DNA of 63,277 bases, filler included, from Stramenopiles sp. TOSAG23-2 (GCA_900128395.1; 42 parts of 42 records of this genome joined end to end with filler, not necessarily neighbours in it); one strand, 5' to 3'. Positions 24,453-36,322 are shown, counted from the whole stretch's first letter. A program made the numbers and translations. The notes: generated from the sequence alone by a model not told the origin.

Positions 24453-25655
24453 TTAAGAATCCATCGATAAAATTCTTTTTTGTGTACCTCGAATAAACAA
24501 AGTAGGTTTTTGTGTTGGATTCGATGTTAAATCTAACATTCCCATGTAAACAAATGGATTGATTGTAGTAGATGGAAATGGCATGGATACAACAACAATT
24601 TCTGTATCATCTGTGGATGTATTTGCAATAGCTTCACCTAATAATGCAGATTGTGATAATTTTTTTTGAATATTTTGATCTGCTTTAACTGCACCACCAG
24701 CAGTATCGCCATCATTATTGCTTTTTTTCGTCTCATCGTTAGTAATATCAGGATTCTCTTTTTTATCTTGTTCTATCATTTTACAAACACGTGTATACAT
24801 TGCATCACATTTTGACTTCATGGAGCTACCTGCACCAATTTTAGCAGTTTTTAAATTTACTACAATAATTTCTTTAACTGCAATACGCACACGCTGTAGT
24901 AGATCTTTCACACTTTGTATTTGTTTCTCCTTGCTTTCCACCGAGGGATCACGAGGAACAATAACACGTAAATCACACTTCCTCCAATTAACATGACGTT
25001 GTAATACATGTGGTAACAGCAAAGAAATACCACCACTATCATCCATCCACCATATATCAATCGTACCATTTCTTGATTCTGGTCCTATTAACCGTTCTGT
25101 CACTATACCACGTAATGTTGTATTTAATGCTTCTTGATTTTTTCTATTCTCATCAACTGCACCAGAAAAACTTTGTTCTGTTATCATATCAATTGTTACA
25201 CCATCATTTTTCGCTAATTCCAATAATGCTGCTTTCCCATCGACCTTAAGCTCTTGTTTACCAAATCTTTTATGGACGTAATTACGTAAAATTGCAACTG
25301 AAAAATCTAAACGTATGGAATCACGTATAGATTGAACATAACGTTTTGTTTCTTGCAACATATTCATCGAAACCCATCGTTCACGAAAGCCAAGGGCAAC
25401 AAGATTTGGCCGTAATTTTCCTACACCACATGTTAATAACAATGATCGTATTCCTTCTAACAACGTTTCCGCAACAGTAACTTCTTGTACAACTTCAAAT
25501 TTATTTTCGCTATACCAATTATTACGTATATGAGCTTTAACAAGCGGTGTTATCCCAACAAAAGCATCTTGATTTTTTACATCTCCAGCAACAATATTGC
25601 CAGCAACCATAAGGCCACCACCTCTTCGAAGCTGATGGAAAAAAAATAATAAATC
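24453..25655 (-). CDS. SLC12 cation-chloride cotransporter, C-terminal cytosolic domain
   Basis: GIRSLLLTCGVGKLRPNLVALGF, GTIDIWWMDDSGGISLLLPHVL, PTLFIRG. Confidence 0.95.
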   Translation of the reverse strand, partial: DLLFFFHQLRRGGGLMVAGNIVAGDVKNQDAFVGITPLVKAHIRNNWYSENKFEVVQEVTVAETLLEGIRSLLLTCGVGKLRPNLVALGFRERWVSMNMLQETKRYVQSIRDSIRLDFSVAILRNYVHKRFGKQELKVDGKAALLELAKNDGVTIDMITEQSFSGAVDENRKNQEALNTTLRGIVTERLIGPESRNGTIDIWWMDDSGGISLLLPHVLQRHVNWRKCDLRVIVPRDPSVESKEKQIQSVKDLLQRVRIAVKEIIVVNLKTAKIGAGSSMKSKCDAMYTRVCKMIEQDKKENPDITNDETKKSNNDGDTAGGAVKADQNIQKKLSQSALLGEAIANTSTDDTEIVVVSMPFPSTTINPFVYMGMLDLTSNPTQKPTLFIRGTQKRILSMDS

Positions 25656-26316
25656 NNNNNNNNNNNNNNNNNNNNNNNNNNNNNNNNNNNNNNNNNNNNT
25701 TAATTAATTAANNNNNNNNNNNNNNNNNNNNNNNNNNNNNNNNNNNNNNNNNNNNATAGTTTATTTTAGTCATTTCTGTAAATTAATAATTTATTTAAGT
25801 ACAAATTTTAATGTATAAATTTGATGCCAGAAATTCTGCTATCCCTAATTTCTGAAAACAAGAAATGTCAAAATTATTTTGCCAATTGATAGGAAAAATA
25901 GTATACTAGTGGAGCCTAAGTTTAAAAAGCTATTTTCAATGTTTTTCCTTTGTTTTCATGTAATGAAATGAAAAATCCAACATCACAACAAGGAAATAGA
26001 AGAATTTAGGTTGAAAATGTTAGTTTTAATGAAATTTGATGAAAAATATGCGCGATGTAATGGTATGTACTGTTAAACAGCCAGAACCAACACTAATTAT
26101 AGATTTTTATAGAAAATGAATATGTACATATATATCAATAGTAGTATCCAAGATAATACATATAATGTTGCAAATACACATGCAAATGTGTTGGGATATA
26201 TATAAATACGAAATACAATTTATATATATTTACGTAAATAAATTGAAATAGAAATAATTACTCTTAATATCGTTGTAATATCGATATTATTACAACCTTT
26301 TTTTTTTTCTTCAACC

Positions 26317-26784
26317 ATGTCAAGATTATTATTAGAAGAAAATGTAGAAGAAAATAAAAAATGGGAAATTGATACTAGTGCAATTGAAATTCTTGGATAT
26401 ATCGGACGAGGTGCTTTTGCAGATGTACATAAAGGTACTTTATATGGAATGGATGTTGCAATTAAAAAACTTCATGCTCATACGAACGAAAAAGAGCGTG
26501 AACAAGCAAAATCATTATTACAGAATGAATTCAAAACGTTAAGTTTATGTCGACATCAAAATGTTGTACAAATATTAAATATTTGTTTCGAGCCACCTAT
26601 GCTTATATTGGCATTTGCAGAAAAAGGAAATTTAAGAAACCTACTCGAACACGAACCAAACATGTCCAAAGAAAAACGCTTTCAACTCGCATGTGGCATA
26701 TGTAATGGAATGGCAATGCTGCATAGTCGTAACATATTACATTTAGATCTAAAACCTGAAAATATTTTAATTAGGGAAAGATAA
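26317..26784 (+). pseudogene. Tyrosine-kinase-like protein kinase truncated after the catalytic loop (no DFG/APE)
   Basis: WEID, IGRGAFADV, VAIKK, HLDLKPENILI then a stop; breakpoint ~26770. Confidence 0.75.
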
Positions 26785-26827
26785 AAAAGAAGACGGACTT
26801 CTACAGGTTGAACGTGATCATAATGAA

Positions 26828-27165
26828 ATGGAAAACAAGCTTATGGGAGATATGCAACATGTGAAAAATGGAGCAGAGAAAAAGAAAAGTGCTGTATATA
26901 TTAAATGGGAAAAAGAATTTGATGGGAAGACGGGAGTGCATTTGGGTGGAAAGAACCTCACGGATGAGGATGCATTAGCTATTGGTGAATTGTTAAAAAC
27001 AAACAATACATTAACGTCATTGGACCTACATAGTAATAATATTACTGATGTACAAAGTATTGGTGAAGGATTAAAAATAAACAATACATTAAAGGAATTG
27101 ACCCTAGGTGGTAATAATATTACTGATGTACAAAGTATTGGTGAAGGATTAAAAACAAACAATAC
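26828..27165 (+). CDS. RNI-like 26-aa LRR protein (78-bp repeats), fragment
   Basis: LKTNNTLxxLxLxxNNITDVQSIGEG units start at 26993, 27071 and 27149. Confidence 0.9.
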
Positions 27166-27265
27166 NNNNNNNNNNNNNNNNNNNNNNNNNNNNNNNNNNN
27201 NNNNNNNNNTTAATTAATTAANNNNNNNNNNNNNNNNNNNNNNNNNNNNNNNNNNNNNNNNNNNN

Positions 27266-28454
27266 TCACATTATATGGATATCCCCACGCATTTAATTTA
27301 TTAATAGTTGCAATGTTCAAATCCCACCAAAATTTTCGTTTATATACATTTCGCTTTTCCATTAAAACAACTTTACTGGCACCCATTTTTATACTTTCAA
27401 TTGCCGTAGTTAGGCCAGCAACGGATCCTCCAATGATTAAGATATTTAAATTCTCATCATTAAATGTATGTTTCATATTTGTATTTTGTAACTGAACAAT
27501 TGATGATGAAACTTTATATATAAAATCTTGAAAAAAACTGATTCTTTTTGATAAATCTACGTATTTCCTATCTTCATTATTATTGATGGGGGGGCTATTT
27601 AAAATATTATTGCATGTTGAAAATAATGGACTTGAATCATTAAAAACAATATGCCATTCTGGTATGATTAATTCAAGAATAAAAAATTGTGTTTTGGATA
27701 TAAAATTCTCATTATTAGCATTGGCAAGATAATTCATTATTTTATGCAATAACATTTTGTGCTTTCTGTTTCCTTTTTTCGCTGCGACAGATGGATTATA
27801 TGTTTCAATAAACTGAAGAAAATCATCTATTTTTTTACATATGGTGGATGGATTATTTGATGATTCTGTTGTTGTTTTTACATTATTATTATTATTATTG
27901 TTGTTGTTATCATTGACAATATTTAATTTTTTTTCAATACGCTTTAGTTCCATCAATATATCGTTGTATAAAGGCGAATTTTTATCTATGCCTTGTTCTC
28001 TTAAGCTCCGCCAAACATCCAATGCTTTGTATGGAGCATTTAAATCGTTTTCATAACATACAGCTTTATTCCATAAAGCTTTTATTCTTACTTCAACATC
28101 ATGTGTATACAAAATAGTTTGTTCATAATGTTTCAATGCACTTTCAAAATTGTGAAAAATAGTTTCTTCTACAATAGCTAGATTGTAATAAGCATCAGCA
28201 TAAAACGGGTCTGTTTTTGTAGCATTTAACAACAGTTGATGGGCTAGTTGATAACGACGGTTTTGGTATGCTAATAGACCTTGACGATAAAATTGTTGAG
28301 ATAATGAAATATTTTTTTCAATGCTGTAATTAATATTATTATTGAAATTGGATGAGGGTGGAAGTTGATAATAATGGACAAATATGATGCGTAGACATAC
28401 AATTGCTATGACTACAGGTATGATTGCATGTACAATATTTATATATGAAACCAT
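27266..28454 (-). CDS. Signal-anchored TPR protein fused to FAD-dependent (MICAL-like) oxidoreductase, 3'-truncated
   Basis: N-terminal TM; ADAYYNLA TPRs; ILIIGGSVAGLTTAIE..VVLMEKR Rossmann motif. Confidence 0.75.
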
Positions 28455-28787
28455 ATTTTTTTAACCTGCCCATACATTAAAAGTATGTGCTTTCTGTTCT
28501 TGATATATATGTATATGTATATCAGGATATGTGTATGTCTTTCCTTTTTCTGAAGAAATATTTATTGTTTGTTGCCTTTTGTTTTTTGTTTTCAACAACA
28601 ACCCATCCACCACATCAGTAGTATATAAATCTAATAAATATAAATGTATATTTTTCAAATATACATTATTCTCTANNNNNNNNNNNNNNNNNNNNNNNNN
28701 NNNNNNNNNNNNNNNNNNNTTAATTAATTAANNNNNNNNNNNNNNNNNNNNNNNNNNNNNNNNNNNNNNNNNNNNCTACGAAAGAAA

Positions 28788-30185
28788 ATGGAAAAAAAGC
28801 AAGATAATATTGTAAAAGAACGAATGGAAAAAAGACAAAGGATTATACGGTTTAAAGCATTTTTGTTTCGGACAAAACGAGTTTATCGAAAAAGAATCAA
28901 GGAAAGTTCAGAAAAGCGTTATAAAAAAACCCCCGCTTCAAGGTTTCAAAAAAGCCGAAGAGGGGGTAGATTGAAAATTCGGTCAAATTTTTTCACGAGG
29001 CAATTGCAAGGGAATGTATTTCAAGGTAGTAAATCAAGTGATGAATTTCAATTGGATCTATTGTTTCCGGATGTATATATGAAAAAAATGAAAATAAATG
29101 CAAAGGTTAAAATACAGTCTGTTATAAATCTAAAAACGTTGTTAAAGTGGGTTGATAACCTTTTTGTACATAATTCACACGTGAAACGAGGGCGATTGTT
29201 TGAATTGTCTGTTTTCACTAACGAAGATATTCAAACTAAGCCTAAACATGAAAATATTGTGAAAAAATTCACTGATGAAATAATAAATCATGAAGATATA
29301 GCTCTAAATGAATTAGAATCTATGCCGCAGTATTTAGTCAAAACGCCGTTACAATATAATGAAAGTTTAATCAATCATGGTACTGTTGTTAATGAAAACG
29401 AAAAGGAAAAACAATATCCAGTATGGATCCATTCATGTAATTTTGTAATGAAATTTAAGAAAGATGTTTCAGATTTATTTAGATTAGCATTGATTTGTCT
29501 GGAGATTACCAGTAAATTACCTGGAAATCGCGTAATTGAACTTTCTAGTATATTAGATTGTCATCGTAGCATAATAATTAATACATTGTTACAAGCAATA
29601 TTATGCCAAATATGTCTAATAATTTTAAATGATCATGATGCAGATTCTGATGATAATGATCCAGAAGATGCAAATGATGAAAGCCACAATAATAATATCA
29701 TTGAAAAGACAGTTATACCGTTTAATATTAAGACTACATTTGAAAATGAGAAGCAATTACTTGTAGCAAAAAATGAATGTTACAAATATATGAAATATAT
29801 GATGCGGCATGCTACAATGTCCCCAAAGCTACAAGATGCTGCGATTGTGCAAGAGGTAAGGCCTTTTGCTCATCCAAAACATGTATCAATACAGCAAGAA
29901 ATTGAAAAAGGTGGCATGGTAGTCGATGATAAATATTTATATTCAAAAGATGATTTATATAAGAATATTGCATTGTATCAAGTTGAATATTTGTATAAAT
30001 ACAAATTATGCCCGAAACATCTTGCTGATGAATTACGTTTCAAGTACGTCAGCAGTGCTTGTTTTGTAAACTATAATGATGGTAATGGAAAGAGAAATGT
30101 ATACTTTGTCAAATGCTTTCCCAATCCGAAAAACATGGTACATCGTAGCTTTAAAATATGGCAAAATGCAACTGAACGATATGTT
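28788..30185 (+). CDS. Unknown protein (internal fragment)
   Basis: Open frame across the contig, no recognised domain. Confidence 0.65.
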
Positions 30186-30285
30186 NNNNNNNNNNNNNNN
30201 NNNNNNNNNNNNNNNNNNNNNNNNNNNNNTTAATTAATTAANNNNNNNNNNNNNNNNNNNNNNNNNNNNNNNNNNNNNNNNNNNN

Positions 30286-31694
30286 GGTGATGACATATGT
30301 GAGTTGGAAATAAAGTATATTGATCAAACGTGTATGACTTATGGTAGAAGTAAATTTTCTGTCGCCTTTAAGACTGATTGTCATTTTTATTCAGATGGAA
30401 ATGGAGGGGTAGATTTAGTCAGTCTATATACTATCCCGGAACAATTATTACAGATAAATGATACTGAAATTTCAAGTGAAATGACTAATCACATGCAAAA
30501 CGCATTGAGCGTCGATCTTGAGGGAATACCAAGCATTATGAGCAGGCTTGATAGACATGGTCGTATTATACAAAATGATAGTCCATTTGTAAAACTACCA
30601 TCTTCAAAATTACGGGTATCGAGTATTTCAAAAGGTATTTTGACTGGTACTATTGATATTGTTGCAGATGTTGGTTATTTTAACGACACAAGTTCATTTA
30701 TATTTATTGAGTTACTATCAAATGCTACTGCTTCAGCAACATCTACCGAAAAGCAAATTATTACATCAAAAAATACATGCGGTGGAAGCTCATCGATTGT
30801 TAGATTGCATTGCGAGTATGATGAACCAACTACAAACGTTACAGCCGCAATGTCAGTGGGGCATAGACAGCCAAATTCCACACATTGTCGCATATCTGTT
30901 AAGTCTATTGATAGAATCTGCACATTAAATGATACTTTCTCAAAACTAGAAGTTATATACCAAAGTTCTTGTGAAAATATATCCTTCAATATTTTTGAAT
31001 TAGTTTCAAACAGTAATTCAATAAATCGCGATTCCAACGCTAATTCATTTAATTTATCAGCAAATGGAACAAGTAATGTTACAGCAATAAGAAATGTAAC
31101 TAACGAGACAAACATTTCTAACGTAACTACGTTTGGACATTATCAAAGGCGTCTATTGTTTGGTGACAATAGAAATACATCAAGGCTAAAATACTTTTCT
31201 TTAACAAAAACTACTGACATTGAAGAAACTATTGAACATTATGATCTAGAAGTGGGAACATGGATCGAAAGGGGTAGTTATCGGGATAATGAAACCAGAG
31301 CCCTTCGGCACGGTCCTCATGCAATTGGTTATACGGCAGCGTCGTGTCAACAAGCGTGCTATGATTGGCAAGGAACTTGTTACAAATATTTTGCATTACA
31401 AAACAATGGATGGNNNNNNNNNNNNNNNNNNNNNNNNNNNNNNNNNNGCCTATCGATTCCGTATAATGATGAAGTTGGAATATTGTTAAATTTTGAAATT
31501 CCTACAACATACGACTATGTTATATATAACGATGATTATTTGATGTTCGTAAATGATCGTTTAAACGTCATTCGTTATGAAAATAGTTCAATAGGGATCG
31601 TACAAAGCCAGACTTACGTAAAACAGTGTGTAGCTGATGGTACCTCATACCAAGTACGAATGCTCTGGGGGTCGAAATACATAGAATTTACGGT
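30286..31694 (+). CDS. Extracellular glycoprotein fragment with WSC-like domain (internal gap 31414-31447)
   Basis: Many NxT/S sites; GSYRDNETRAL..TAASCQQAC..YKYFALQNNGW. Confidence 0.65.
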
Positions 31695-31794
31695 NNNNNN
31701 NNNNNNNNNNNNNNNNNNNNNNNNNNNNNNNNNNNNNNTTAATTAATTAANNNNNNNNNNNNNNNNNNNNNNNNNNNNNNNNNNNNNNNNNNNN

Positions 31795-32052
31795 GGAAAT
31801 GGTACATATACATGGGCTAATGGTAATGTATATGTTGGTGACTATAAAGATGATGAGAGAAATGGAAAAGGTACATTTACATTTAATAGTGGATCGGATA
31901 AAGGTGATGTATATTTTGGTGAATTTAAAGATGATAAGAAACATGGAAATGGTAAATACACTAGGGCAGATGGTTCTATCTACCATGATGGTGAATGGAA
32001 AGATAATAAACGAGTGAAGAAATCATGGTGGCGACTACTACGACGGCGGTAA
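31795..32052 (+). CDS. MORN-repeat protein C-terminus (frame absent from the ORF track)
   Basis: GNGTYTWANGNVYVGDYKDDERNGKGTFTF..YFGEFKDDKKHGNGKYT..HDGEWKDNKRVKKSWWRLLRRR*. Confidence 0.92.
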   Translation, partial: GNGTYTWANGNVYVGDYKDDERNGKGTFTFNSGSDKGDVYFGEFKDDKKHGNGKYTRADGSIYHDGEWKDNKRVKKSWWRLLRRR

Positions 32053-32065
32053 AAAAAAACCACAG

Positions 32066-32920
32066 CTAGCCCTCCTTGTTCCGCGGAGATAATATATCTA
32101 TTTTTTTTGTGTTATGTATATATCTATAACAAATATATGAAAGGAACGATATACTACAAGCTAATATAAGCAGAATACAAGCAACGAAACTTAGTGTTTG
32201 ATAATTTGCAATATCTTGTATAAATTTATATAGTAACATTGTATCACCGCTACACTGTGAATATAAGCGTGCTTCATGCTCCTCATAATGATCTGATAAT
32301 TTAGATGGATATACGCACAAACAAGGAAGGGCAGAAGCTTCGTCCAAATAAAGATTATTTAATACACCATATTTTGAACGATCAAATTGTTCTTTTGAAC
32401 AGACTCTATCTTTTATTTGTTTTGAATCCATTTTTAAAACACCACAATTTTGGCGTTCGATGCAGTTACCTGGATAATGTATTGGCACCAATCGTATCTT
32501 AAATGGCGTTGTTTCGTTCTTTCCCTTATTATCAGAATCATCTTTTTGATTCATCCAATGCCAATAATTATCGGTTGGATCTTTAAATAATCCAACATTC
32601 ACAAAATTATTTCTTCCTGTTGTTTGTATTAAATTTGTAAGAAAATAAATATTCTCATTTGTTAGAGTAGCCAATGACGCATTTTTACTTGTATCACAAA
32701 CTGCTTTTTGACATTCATGATGAAAGTGTAACGTTTCGCTAACCCAATAACATTTATTCGTACGTTTATGATATTTATAATTTCTAGGACATTTCAAATT
32801 TGTATTATTATTATTATTATCATTATTATTATTGCTCGCTTCAGCAGTAAAAAAAATTAATATATGTAATAACAACAATATATTTAAATGGAACATAATG
32901 GTTGTATAGTTTGATCTCAT
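32066..32920 (-). CDS. Type I membrane C-type-lectin-domain protein
   Basis: Signal peptide; CPRNY..KCYW..CQKAVC..ASLATL..VGL..WHW..NCG..PCLC; C-terminal TM. Confidence 0.85.
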   Translation of the reverse strand: MRSNYTTIMFHLNILLLLHILIFFTAEASNNNNDNNNNNTNLKCPRNYKYHKRTNKCYWVSETLHFHHECQKAVCDTSKNASLATLTNENIYFLTNLIQTTGRNNFVNVGLFKDPTDNYWHWMNQKDDSDNKGKNETTPFKIRLVPIHYPGNCIERQNCGVLKMDSKQIKDRVCSKEQFDRSKYGVLNNLYLDEASALPCLCVYPSKLSDHYEEHEARLYSQCSGDTMLLYKFIQDIANYQTLSFVACILLILACSISFLSYICYRYIHNTKKIDILSPRNKEG

Positions 32921-33305
32921 TTTGTATTATTAATATTGATTTTAATAAATTTATTGTCGTACAATATCCTATTAATGATTCAAAAGAAAAGTATATTTAC
33001 TATATTGACTACACATTTGCAACTTTCTATAAATTATAAAATATATAGTCTAATGTATTTTTATTTATTTTTTACCCAAAATGTGTGGCACTGTGTAAGT
33101 AAAAAATGTTATATACCTTGTAAATGAGAAGGATTAATTTAAGTACTGATTTAGTATACTAATTTATGTATATTTGATAGAGAGGTATTGGATATAACAT
33201 TTGNNNNNNNNNNNNNNNNNNNNNNNNNNNNNNNNNNNNNNNNNNNNTTAATTAATTAANNNNNNNNNNNNNNNNNNNNNNNNNNNNNNNNNNNNNNNNN
33301 NNNAT

Positions 33306-34247
33306 AACAATAATGCTGAGATTATTAGCAACTCTCTAGGTAATAATAAAATTAATAAAGAGGCATACCACCACCACATAAACCATATAAATGATATTTC
33401 GAAATGCAATAATATTGAAAATGCAGATTTTAATTATTCTAGTAATTATTTATTAACAGATGATCGTACCGATAAGAACTGTAGTAACAAAAGTGCTGCT
33501 GCCATGCTTCCTATGGAAAGTAATAGCATAGATATTAATCCATCAAAGTATCCTCTACCAGCTAATGATATTGATAATGATCCAAACTGGTACAATCATA
33601 TGGAAAAAATATATAAAGTATCTGGGCAGTTTCGAGGATATCATAAGGATTTTTTTCTCGCTACAAATCTACGTTCAAAAGTAAATTGTGGCGGTGGTTA
33701 TCTCAATCGTTATCATTCACATGATTCGTTGCATCCCAATAATGATCATATGGTACTTAACAATGAGAGTAGAAACATTGACTTTGACAAATTTTTAAAT
33801 AAAATTTATAACGACAGAGAAAATAATAGAAAATTATCGATTGCAACATTGGTGAAAAATGCGAAGAAAACAACAACATTAGAAGTAAGTTCCTCTGGCC
33901 GCCCAGAAAGTGATATAGTTAGTGCAAGCAACATTACTGCGGATAAAAATTCTGTTAAGATGAAATTATCAACAGACGGAAATATTGCTCTTTCAGATTT
34001 GCAAGCAATTTATGATTATAACAATTATAAAAAGTTGCAGGATATATTTCTGCCACCACCATTATCAAACAGTGACAATAATAATATCAATAATCGTATC
34101 AAGTTAAAGAAGCTAATAAAGAAAAGACATCATAAAAGATCAAAAAAAGTAAGAAAGAGAAGAAAAAGAAGACGAGGCAAATCTTTTTTACAGATAAAAG
34201 GTAAACAACGATTACAACAGCGTTTTCTAGTATCATCATCTAGATAA
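33306..34247 (+). CDS. Unknown protein C-terminal part with basic tail and SFLQ motif
   Basis: Frame open from the contig start to TAA at 34247. Confidence 0.6.
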   Translation, partial: NNNAEIISNSLGNNKINKEAYHHHINHINDISKCNNIENADFNYSSNYLLTDDRTDKNCSNKSAAAMLPMESNSIDINPSKYPLPANDIDNDPNWYNHMEKIYKVSGQFRGYHKDFFLATNLRSKVNCGGGYLNRYHSHDSLHPNNDHMVLNNESRNIDFDKFLNKIYNDRENNRKLSIATLVKNAKKTTTLEVSSSGRPESDIVSASNITADKNSVKMKLSTDGNIALSDLQAIYDYNNYKKLQDIFLPPPLSNSDNNNINNRIKLKKLIKKRHHKRSKKVRKRRKRRRGKSFLQIKGKQRLQQRFLVSSSR

Positions 34248-34291
34248 AAAGTAAAAAAAATTAAAGAATTAATATTAGTGTTTTGCAGACG

Positions 34292-34402
34292 TGCATTAGA
34301 GTTTCACTAAGATATACAAAATTAATATTCTTGAGATATTGAGTATTGAGCAGTTATTTATTTACCACGGGAAGTAAAATTATTATAACTTAGATTTTAT
34401 CC
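34292..34402 (+). repeat. Dispersed non-coding repeat family A
   Basis: TATTCTTGAGAT..TGAGTATTGAGCA..CACGGGAAGTAAAA shared with 48430-48497 and 48529-48650. Confidence 0.85.
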
Positions 34403-35197
34403 ATCATCTATATAGAAAGAATTAACCACATACCATCTCTCTTATTTTTTGATATTTTACATCGTACGCGCACATTTATGTGTCTGTTATGTGTGTGTGT
34501 GTGTGTGTGTTTTAAAGTCTCTCGGAATATAAAATATATATATTTTTCAAGCGGGATGTAAAATTATTATCTACGAAGCTCGTATGACATATGCATAACT
34601 TTAAACATCAAATATTTTTCAAAGGTACTGAGGGATTTACGAATTCTGCTCTTTTCCAAATCTTCGTTGTTTTATGTGTTCATTTATATATCCTTTGTTT
34701 ACTTTCATAATTNNNNNNNNNNNNNNNNNNNNNNNNNNNNNNNNNNNNNNNNNNNNTTAATTAATTAANNNNNNNNNNNNNNNNNNNNNNNNNNNNNNNN
34801 NNNNNNNNNNNNTATATATCTTATGTCAAAAATTCTCTTATATATTTAATATTATTATCATTATATTATACATCAAACCGGTGTTATGGAATGTTATCAT
34901 AGAAAATATTATGTCAAACTGTATTTCATACACACACACATATTAATTATATATATTTGAAATAATATAATTGTATCCTCGTATATATAGCGAATGATGA
35001 AATGGAAGTGAATTAATGAGAAATTTGTGTGCTGACCGGCATCTCCCTATCCTATTAAACGCGCGAGAGTTTTTGGTCCCTGTAAAAACATTCTAATTTC
35101 TAATTTTTCTCTAATATAATTTAAGTGTCTTTAAATAAATGCTATCATACTGATAAAATATAAAAGATTACAATGATTAATACTTTTCTTATACGCT

Positions 35198-36200
35198 TTA
35201 ATCTGGTAAAAATCTCATTGCAATTTCAAACCCTAGAAATGCTGCAGCTGTGGAAATAGATATATGTGAATACATCATTTTTGTTAGAAATAAATTCCAT
35301 GGGTTTGTACATAGAAGACAGAGGAGTAAATAAAAAAAGACATCCAAGTATATTTTATACCTACCATTCGCTGGAAAAGAACGTATTAAACATGGTGAAA
35401 AACCAACAAAAAAACCACGATATCCTTCTTGTTTCCATATTTGTTTAATACAATCAGAAGTTGATTTATAAATTGGTTTAGCATCACTTTGTGCCATTAA
35501 TTTATTTTTAACCACATTAATCGGATAACAAGTTAGCCAATAACNNNNNNNNNNNNNNNNNNNNNNNNNNNNNNNNNNNNNNNNNNNNNNNNNNNNNNNN
35601 NNNNNNNNNNNNNNNNNNNNNNNNNNNNNNNNNNNNNNNNNNNNNNNNNNNNNNNTAACAACAACCTGCTGTACCACCAGCAGTTACAGCTGCCCATGCT
35701 GGCAATGGTTTATTTTTCATATTATTATTGTCTTTTCCATTTACCATTGTAACTAATGCATTTGATATATAAAAATAACTACCAAAATAAGCAAAATTGC
35801 ACATCCGTGAAAAAGTTACGGTTAACCATCCTCTATAAATGCCTGTAGACATACCTACATTATGGTATACTTTTCTTGCACAATCAATTGGTCCCTTATA
35901 ATAATTACTATTGTTATTCATACCACCTTTAGTATCATTGTATTGTACTTGTAAACGTGCCTTTACACCTTCCATAGGCGTAACAAAAATGGAAATAAAA
36001 GCACCAGAAATAATTGCTGCTTTCATTGTTTCTTGCAAAGTTGGTTTATCTGTTCCTGGAATACCGCCACGGCTTTTCACAAATTCACTGACTATGTTGA
36101 ATTGTGTTCCAAATAAAATAGAATTAATCCCTCCTGTCATTGCAAGTGGTGCCCCCATACCTTTCTATAATCCTCGTATACCTTCATGTTTTACTGTTTT
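35198..36200 (-). CDS. Mitochondrial carrier (SLC25, carnitine/ornithine-carrier-like), with intron, internal gap and in-frame TAG at 36165-36167
   Basis: PMEGVKARLQ, YPINVVKNKLM, YKGPIDC, RSFPAN/AAAFLGFE. Confidence 0.92.
35248..35364 (-). other. Spliceosomal GT-AG intron, 117 nt, in frame and stop-free
   Basis: GTAGGT...TTCCACAG; removing it restores the carrier motif FPANAAAFLGFE. Confidence 0.9.
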
Positions 36201-36322
36201 TTGCCATATTTATCAATTAANNNNNNNNNNNNNNNNNNNNNNNNNNNNNNNNNNNNNNNNNNNNTTAATTAATTAANNNNNNNNNNNNNNNNNNNNNNNN
36301 NNNNNNNNNNNNNNNNNNNNAT

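Noticed and set aside
26993-27165. Diversity-generating retroelement suggested by NNC/NNT variable codons
   Set aside because: Framework adenines, including synonymous ones, are invariant, and no reverse transcriptase or template repeat is visible; positive selection with homogenisation explains it more simply
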